From Candidatus Iainarchaeum sp. (GTDB lineage: Archaea > Iainarchaeota > Iainarchaeia > Iainarchaeales > CSSED10-239): a stretch of 32,000 nt of DNA. The notes below the pieces were generated by a model. It was not told where the DNA came from. It made no database searches and worked only from the letters and a program-made list of their open reading frames with translations. A program made the translations under genes and the position numbers. Of the stretch, positions 27,815 to 32,000 are shown in pieces. Position 1 is the stretch's first letter. Each line of letters opens with the position of its first letter. Location: NCBI GenBank assembly GCA_028700115.1, contig JAQVTI010000001.1:90001-122000 (forward strand), given 5' to 3'.

Positions 27815-28237
27815 ATGACAAATTATTTAATAAAAGATTGTTTAAACGATCATACAAAGATATCAAAAATAAATAATTCTTGTAAAGAATTACATATTAC
27901 ACAAGCATTTTCATATAAAACTGCTGAAAAAATATATAATAAATCAAAAAAAATTAATTTAATAACAGTATCAAAATCTACAAAAGAAAGAATAAGCCCA
28001 AAAACCAAACAATTTTTAAAATCAAAAAATATTAATTTAGTTATAAAAAAAGAACAAGGAAGACCAATAGATATTCCTATTGAAAAATTAAATCAAATAA
28101 TAAAAATGCACAAAGATTATTCATATAGAGATTTAGCCGAAAAATTAAAAATACCAAAATCTACAATACATTATTTAATTAAAAAATCAAAAAAGAAAAA
28201 ATTAAAAAATGGAAATAAAATTATTTATTTAAAATAA
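27815..28237 (+). CDS. Small basic protein with C-terminal resolvase-type helix-turn-helix
   Basis: GRPIDIPIEKLNQIIKMHKDYSYRDLAEKLKIPKSTIHYLIKK resembles the GRP-x...HTH tail of serine recombinases. The N-terminal 85 aa lacks a catalytic Ser motif. AGGTGA lies 4 nt upstream of the ATG. Confidence 0.55.
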   Translation: MTNYLIKDCLNDHTKISKINNSCKELHITQAFSYKTAEKIYNKSKKINLITVSKSTKERISPKTKQFLKSKNINLVIKKEQGRPIDIPIEKLNQIIKMHKDYSYRDLAEKLKIPKSTIHYLIKKSKKKKLKNGNKIIYLK

Positions 28238-28264
28238 TATTTATAAAAATAAAGAAAAAAAGGT

Positions 28265-28612
28265 TTAAGCAACACCTTCTACATTTTCTTTATTACCTTC
28301 TTGTTTTTTAGAAGAATTTTCTTTTGAAAATTCATTTAATTTTTTTATAATTTCAGATTCTTGTTTTTCTAAATTTTTTAATTTTAATTCAACTGTTTCT
28401 TTAGAATCTTTTGTTTGTTTTAAAACATCTGTTTTATCAGTCATAATAAAGATGTTTCCAACACCTTTAAAGACTCTTTTTTCAGAAGTTTTTTCAAGTT
28501 CTTTAATAGAAGAATCTAAAATATTTATTTGAAATTGCAATTGTTGTTTTTGTTGTGAAACAAACATTAATTGTTGTTTGTAAGTATTTACCATATTTTT
28601 TTCATTACTCAT
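28265..28612 (-). CDS. pfdB: Prefoldin beta subunit
   Basis: 115 aa coiled-coil / beta-hairpin / coiled-coil pattern (YKQQLMFVSQQKQQLQFQINILDSSIKELEK...VFKGVGNIFIM...ELKLKNLEKQESEIIKKL). Confidence 0.85.
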   Translation of the reverse strand: MSNEKNMVNTYKQQLMFVSQQKQQLQFQINILDSSIKELEKTSEKRVFKGVGNIFIMTDKTDVLKQTKDSKETVELKLKNLEKQESEIIKKLNEFSKENSSKKQEGNKENVEGVA

Positions 28613-28857
28613 AAATCCACCTCATAAGTTTTAGATATAAGTTCTAATAAACTTATATAATTATTCATTGTTGCTTTAAAAGCAATAATATCTTTTGCAA
28701 AAATCTTAATTACAAGATTTTTAGAATTATCAATATATATTTCTGAATCAGATCTTTTAAAATCTTTTCTTTTAATTTCTAAATCTAATAATTTTTTTAA
28801 ATTAATAGATTCTTTTGTAGAAATTATAATTTCAGAAGATAATATATTATCAATCAA
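28609..28857 (-). CDS. pcc1: KEOPS subunit Pcc1-like protein
   Basis: 82 aa. NLVIKIFAKDIIAFKATMNNYISLLELISKT parallels the Pcc1 block (L-I-A-D-ALRA-NSYLR). Its position between the Brix and prefoldin genes is the conserved one. The start is TTG preceded by GTGAT. Confidence 0.6.
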   Translation of the reverse strand: MIDNILSSEIIISTKESINLKKLLDLEIKRKDFKRSDSEIYIDNSKNLVIKIFAKDIIAFKATMNNYISLLELISKTYEVDL

Positions 28858-29317
28858 ACATAATCACTTTTAAAAGTTTAAATTTTATCCCAAGAAAAAC
28901 ATCTTGAAATCTAAATTCAAAAAAATCATTTTCATAAAAAAGTTCAAAATCACTTTTTACAGTTTTTTTATTTTTATCTAAAAAATAAAATAAATTTTTG
29001 GAATCTTTTATCTTAATTGGTATAAATGCTTTAAAAGATTTAAAAGATCTTAAATCAATTAAATCTATTAAATATTCTCTTTCTGGATAAAATGAATTAT
29101 CTTTATTTTTATAAATTAAAATACTAATAGATTTTAATCTGTTTTTTTTAATCAAAATAAAATATTTACATCCAAGATAATTTAACTTATTAAAAATATT
29201 TTTAAGAGGACCTTTTCCTCTTGGAAAATAATTTAAATTCAGAAGTTTAGAAAGATATTTTGCAAATTTAATAAGAGTTAAATTTGCATTTCTTGAACAA
29301 CTGATATTAATACTCAT
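28850..29317 (-). CDS. Brix/Imp4-like ribosome biogenesis protein
   Basis: The N-terminus ISCSRNANLTLIKFAKYLSKLL...YFPRGKGPLKNI parallels archaeal Brix proteins (TSRxPSxRxRSFxKDL...RGK). Conserved position after rpoP. Confidence 0.6.
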   Translation of the reverse strand: MSINISCSRNANLTLIKFAKYLSKLLNLNYFPRGKGPLKNIFNKLNYLGCKYFILIKKNRLKSISILIYKNKDNSFYPEREYLIDLIDLRSFKSFKAFIPIKIKDSKNLFYFLDKNKKTVKSDFELFYENDFFEFRFQDVFLGIKFKLLKVIMFD

Positions 29318-29326
29318 AAATATCTT

Positions 29327-29455
29327 TTAATAAGCTTTAATTTTTTTAATAATAGGAAATCTTTTTTTATAAAAAGTCCTAGAACCACAAACACTACATT
29401 TATTATTTTCTGGAATCTCATCAAATTCAGTTTTACATCTTGAACAATAATACAT
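29327..29455 (-). CDS. rpoP: DNA-directed RNA polymerase subunit P (Rpo12/RPABC4 homologue)
   Basis: Not in the ORF track (42 aa). Hand translation: MYYCSRCKTEFDEIPENNKCSVCGSRTFYKKRFPIIKKIKAY. The CxxC...CxxCGxR-x-YK-R Zn-ribbon is typical of RpoP. Conserved position after rpl37ae. Confidence 0.75.
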   Translation of the reverse strand: MYYCSRCKTEFDEIPENNKCSVCGSRTFYKKRFPIIKKIKAY

Positions 29456-29477
29456 TTATATTCACCATTTATTTAAA

Positions 29478-29699
29478 TTATTTAGAACTTAATCTATATG
29501 CAGCACCTGCAATTTGGGATTTACATTTATCACATTTATAAATTCCAGAAGCTGTTCTTTTAATTTTTCCTTTATACCCACAATTAGGACAAACATATTC
29601 AGATTTATTTGTTTTTGTAGCTAAAATATATTTTTGTCTAATACCTCTTCCAGATCTAACACCATATTTTCCAGTTTGTTTAACTTTTTCTGTAGCCAT
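29478..29699 (-). CDS. rpl37ae: Ribosomal protein eL43 (L37Ae)
   Basis: MATEKVKQTGKYGVRSGRGIRQ...CPNCG...YKCDKCKSQIAGAAY is a canonical eL43 Zn-ribbon. I use the ATG at 29699; the ORF-track start at 29705 is TTG. Confidence 0.92.
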   Translation of the reverse strand: MATEKVKQTGKYGVRSGRGIRQKYILATKTNKSEYVCPNCGYKGKIKRTASGIYKCDKCKSQIAGAAYRLSSK

Positions 29700-29763
29700 A
29701 ATCAAATCACTTTTTTAATTTTTATTTTTTTTTAATTTTTATAATATTTTAATTCTATAAAAA

Positions 29764-30561
29764 TTATATTAAACTTTTAATAATCTTAATAATTGAATCA
29801 TATTTTTTTATTGCAAGATCAATCATTATATTAATTTCATCTTCACTAAAACTTCCACCTTTACTTTTTTGACAAGAAACAATTGTATCTTTAATAAGAC
29901 CCAAACTAAATCTAGTATTAGATGTAAATTCTTCTTCTTCTGTAGGATCTATTAAAATTTTATTATCTATTTTCTCAAAAGTAATTGATAAAGGAATTTT
30001 ATTTAAATCTATTGGAAGAGAATCAGAAGATAATTCTTTTCCAATATTATTATTTTCATCTAAAATTGGAATTTTAGTATTTAATAAAGCTGCAAGAGCT
30101 GCAAATTCAGTAGCATCTATTAAATTTCCATCTGCATTAATTGCAATACAATCAATAAAAATAACAAATACTTTTTCACCAGAAACAATAGATAATTTTT
30201 TAAAGTCAATAAATTCTGAAGATCTTAAAGCTCTATCAGCAACTCTTCCATATTCAATTGCATCTATTTGTGGGGGTCCAGTAAAAAAATCTGGAGAAGA
30301 AATACCTGTTAATTCTAAATTTAAACTCATAGATCCTTCATCAGGAGAATCTGGATAAGGACTACCTACTGCAAACTTAATTCCTGCAATTATTTCTGTA
30401 TTACCTAATTTTACCCATGCAGATCCTGCTGCAGATGGAATCACACCTGTTTTTATTTCAAGATTTCTAAATTCATCTAAATTTCTTCCATCTAATCTTT
30501 TTCCTTCTTTAATTAATTTTAAAACATTATCTGCATTAACAATATTTAATATACTACTCAT
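29764..30561 (-). CDS. rrp42: Exosome complex subunit Rrp42 (RNase PH-like, non-catalytic)
   Basis: KRLDGRNLDEFRNLEIKTGVI at the N-terminus, 265 aa. ATGA overlap with the rrp41 stop. Third gene in the rrp4-rrp41-rrp42 order. Confidence 0.85.
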   Translation of the reverse strand: MSSILNIVNADNVLKLIKEGKRLDGRNLDEFRNLEIKTGVIPSAAGSAWVKLGNTEIIAGIKFAVGSPYPDSPDEGSMSLNLELTGISSPDFFTGPPQIDAIEYGRVADRALRSSEFIDFKKLSIVSGEKVFVIFIDCIAINADGNLIDATEFAALAALLNTKIPILDENNNIGKELSSDSLPIDLNKIPLSITFEKIDNKILIDPTEEEEFTSNTRFSLGLIKDTIVSCQKSKGGSFSEDEINIMIDLAIKKYDSIIKIIKSLI

Positions 30562-31283
30562 TGTAAATCACCTTCTAATGGATACTTTTCAAGAATTGCT
30601 TTCTTTTGAAGTTCATAAACTTTTTCAGCACCCTTTACTCCTACAGAAATTATTTTTTTCCAATCTTTTTGATTTACAAAACCATCCATTTGCATTAAAA
30701 CAATTTCATTTTGTGGCATTAAAACCCCAATTGCTGTGTCTACAGCATCAAAAGTATCTTCTTCATCTTTTGTTAAATCTAAAACAAATTCTCCATTTGC
30801 TCTTCCTGAAGCAACAGCACTAACAAGACCTTTCATTGGAAGACCTGCATCAGCACACGCTAAAGATGCAGCTGTTAATGCAGCAGCTCTTGTTCCAGCA
30901 TCCGCAGAAAGAATTATTGAATTTATATCAATAACAGTATTTGGAAATTGCTCTAAATCAATTGCTTTTTCTAAAGCAAACCCAGAAACTAAAGAAATTT
31001 CTTTATCTCTTTTTCCAGGAACTGGATTTTTTCTATCAGATACTGAAAAAGGAGCCATTCTATATCTATAATCAATTACAGCCTTTGTAGAATCTGCTAA
31101 ATGTTTTGGAAACATTGGTTTTGGTCCATGAACAGTAGCAATAACTATATTTCTACCCCATTCTAAATAACAGGAACCATCTGCACTTTTTACAACACCT
31201 AATTTTATATTTATAGGTCTTAATTGATCTATTTGTCTATTATCTAATCTTGTCATATTATCACACTCATATATTTTTCTCAA
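30558..31283 (-). CDS. rrp41: Exosome complex exonuclease Rrp41 (RNase PH)
   Basis: RLDNRQIDQLRPINIKLGV and the RNase PH block SADAGTRAAALTAASLA. 241 aa. The alternative ATG at 31256 (MTRLDNRQ...) would remove the 17-nt overlap with rrp4. Confidence 0.9.
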   Translation of the reverse strand: MRKIYECDNMTRLDNRQIDQLRPINIKLGVVKSADGSCYLEWGRNIVIATVHGPKPMFPKHLADSTKAVIDYRYRMAPFSVSDRKNPVPGKRDKEISLVSGFALEKAIDLEQFPNTVIDINSIILSADAGTRAAALTAASLACADAGLPMKGLVSAVASGRANGEFVLDLTKDEEDTFDAVDTAIGVLMPQNEIVLMQMDGFVNQKDWKKIISVGVKGAEKVYELQKKAILEKYPLEGDLQ

Positions 31284-31878
31284 TATATTCTTTTATTGAA
31301 TTTGTAAGGTTTGATTTTTGAGAATTATTTATAATCAAATTAATTGCATTTTCTAAAATTAAATAATTATCACAATTATACCAAATCCAACCATTTTTAC
31401 CAATAACAATATTGGCTTTAAGTAAATTTTTAAATAAATTAAGCATAGAATCATTTTTACCAATAAGCCTTGGAACTTTTACAGGAGATGCATTAAAAAG
31501 TCTTCCTTTTGGTAAAATATTTATATGATCTATATCAATAGTATCATTATCATTAACACTAGAAAGCCTTGCAAAAATAATTTGCCCTTTTTTAAGTTCT
31601 TTTTTAATCATTGATTTTGGTAAAAAAGTATCTGTAAAAGAATTATATTCTAAAACATAACCATTTGGAAGATCATCTTTTACAATCAAAATAATCCCAT
31701 CATTAACATTTGGCTTATAAATCCCATTTAAAGCAACAACTGAAATATAATCTGTTGATTCAGATAATAACCCAACAACTTGACTATAAACTTTATTATT
31801 TAAAAGAAAAACATTTGATCCTAATTTTTTTCGTTGATCAGTTAGAAACTCTCCTGGGATTACAATTTTTTTATCCAT
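31267..31878 (-). CDS. rrp4: Exosome RNA-binding subunit Rrp4 (S1 + KH)
   Basis: N-terminal IVIPGEFL and the KH block VPRLIGKNDSMLNLFKNLLKANIVIGKNGWIW. First gene of the exosome trio. Confidence 0.8.
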   Translation of the reverse strand: MDKKIVIPGEFLTDQRKKLGSNVFLLNNKVYSQVVGLLSESTDYISVVALNGIYKPNVNDGIILIVKDDLPNGYVLEYNSFTDTFLPKSMIKKELKKGQIIFARLSSVNDNDTIDIDHINILPKGRLFNASPVKVPRLIGKNDSMLNLFKNLLKANIVIGKNGWIWYNCDNYLILENAINLIINNSQKSNLTNSIKEYIEKNI

Positions 31879-31952
31879 TTTTAAATCACACTCACTATTA
31901 AATTTAAGATATTTATAAAATTTATAATTATTTAAAAAAAATCTTTAAAAAA

Positions 31953-32000
31953 TTAAATATCTTCTTCAACTTTTAAAATAATATTACCATGTGTAACATT
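31953..32000 (-). CDS. 3' end of a gene truncated by the window edge (product not determinable)
   Basis: An open frame reading ...NVTHGNIILKVEEDI then TAA (31953-31955) runs off the window end. Only 15 codons are visible. Confidence 0.3.
   Translation of the reverse strand, partial: NVTHGNIILKVEEDI

Noticed and set aside
30578-31071. Two plus-strand ORFs (30578-30823, 30736-31071) inside rrp41
   Set aside because: They are shadow frames of a relatively GC-richer, strongly supported RNase PH gene. Their translations are low-complexity (L/Q/H or A/S-rich) with no recognisable motif.
1-32000. Alternative genetic code / stop-codon reassignment
   Set aside because: All conserved genes translate end to end with standard stops (TAA, TAG and TGA are all seen terminating well-defined proteins) at expected lengths. 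There is no evidence of recoding.

Overview
Very AT-rich, tightly packed archaeal chromosome segment that reads cleanly with the standard code. Gene content is unambiguously archaeal: histone, family B DNA polymerase, PCNA, RFC large subunit, membrane-inserted LonB, aIF5A, ABCE1, aEF-1beta and the exosome superoperon. I support about 40 genes. Three are short genes missing from the ORF track that I found by reading the gaps: a Zn-ribbon gene upstream of aEF-1beta, RpoP, and a 55-aa ORF. There is also one tRNA-Arg(TCG). Most of the window is core information processing: replication (polB, pcn, rfcL), translation (eif5a, metG, pheST, ABCE1, ef1b, eL43), RNA processing (rnz, rrp4/41/42) and proteostasis (lonB, pfdB). 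I see no CRISPR array, transposase, integrase or recognisable defence system. Five items are not explained by routine annotation. (1) An orphan four-gene cluster of type IV pilin-like proteins (class III signal peptides) sits between ABCE1 and aEF-1beta; this is my best candidate for an undescribed surface or attachment module. (2) A perfect 17-bp tandem repeat of about 6 copies covers the stop codon of a Kef-type antiporter and the upstream region of a small SD-led ORF. (3) PolB keeps its catalytic aspartates but has non-canonical residues at the motif A steric-gate and motif B Asn positions. (4) A TAAATCTA direct and inverted repeat block lies between a membrane-protein gene and polB. (5) Two uncharacterised HTH-type proteins. 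The combination of extreme AT bias, short overlapping genes and divergent K/N/I-rich proteins suggests a reduced-genome (DPANN-like) archaeon, but that is inference only. All product calls rest on motifs I recognise in the supplied or hand-made translations; no database search was run.
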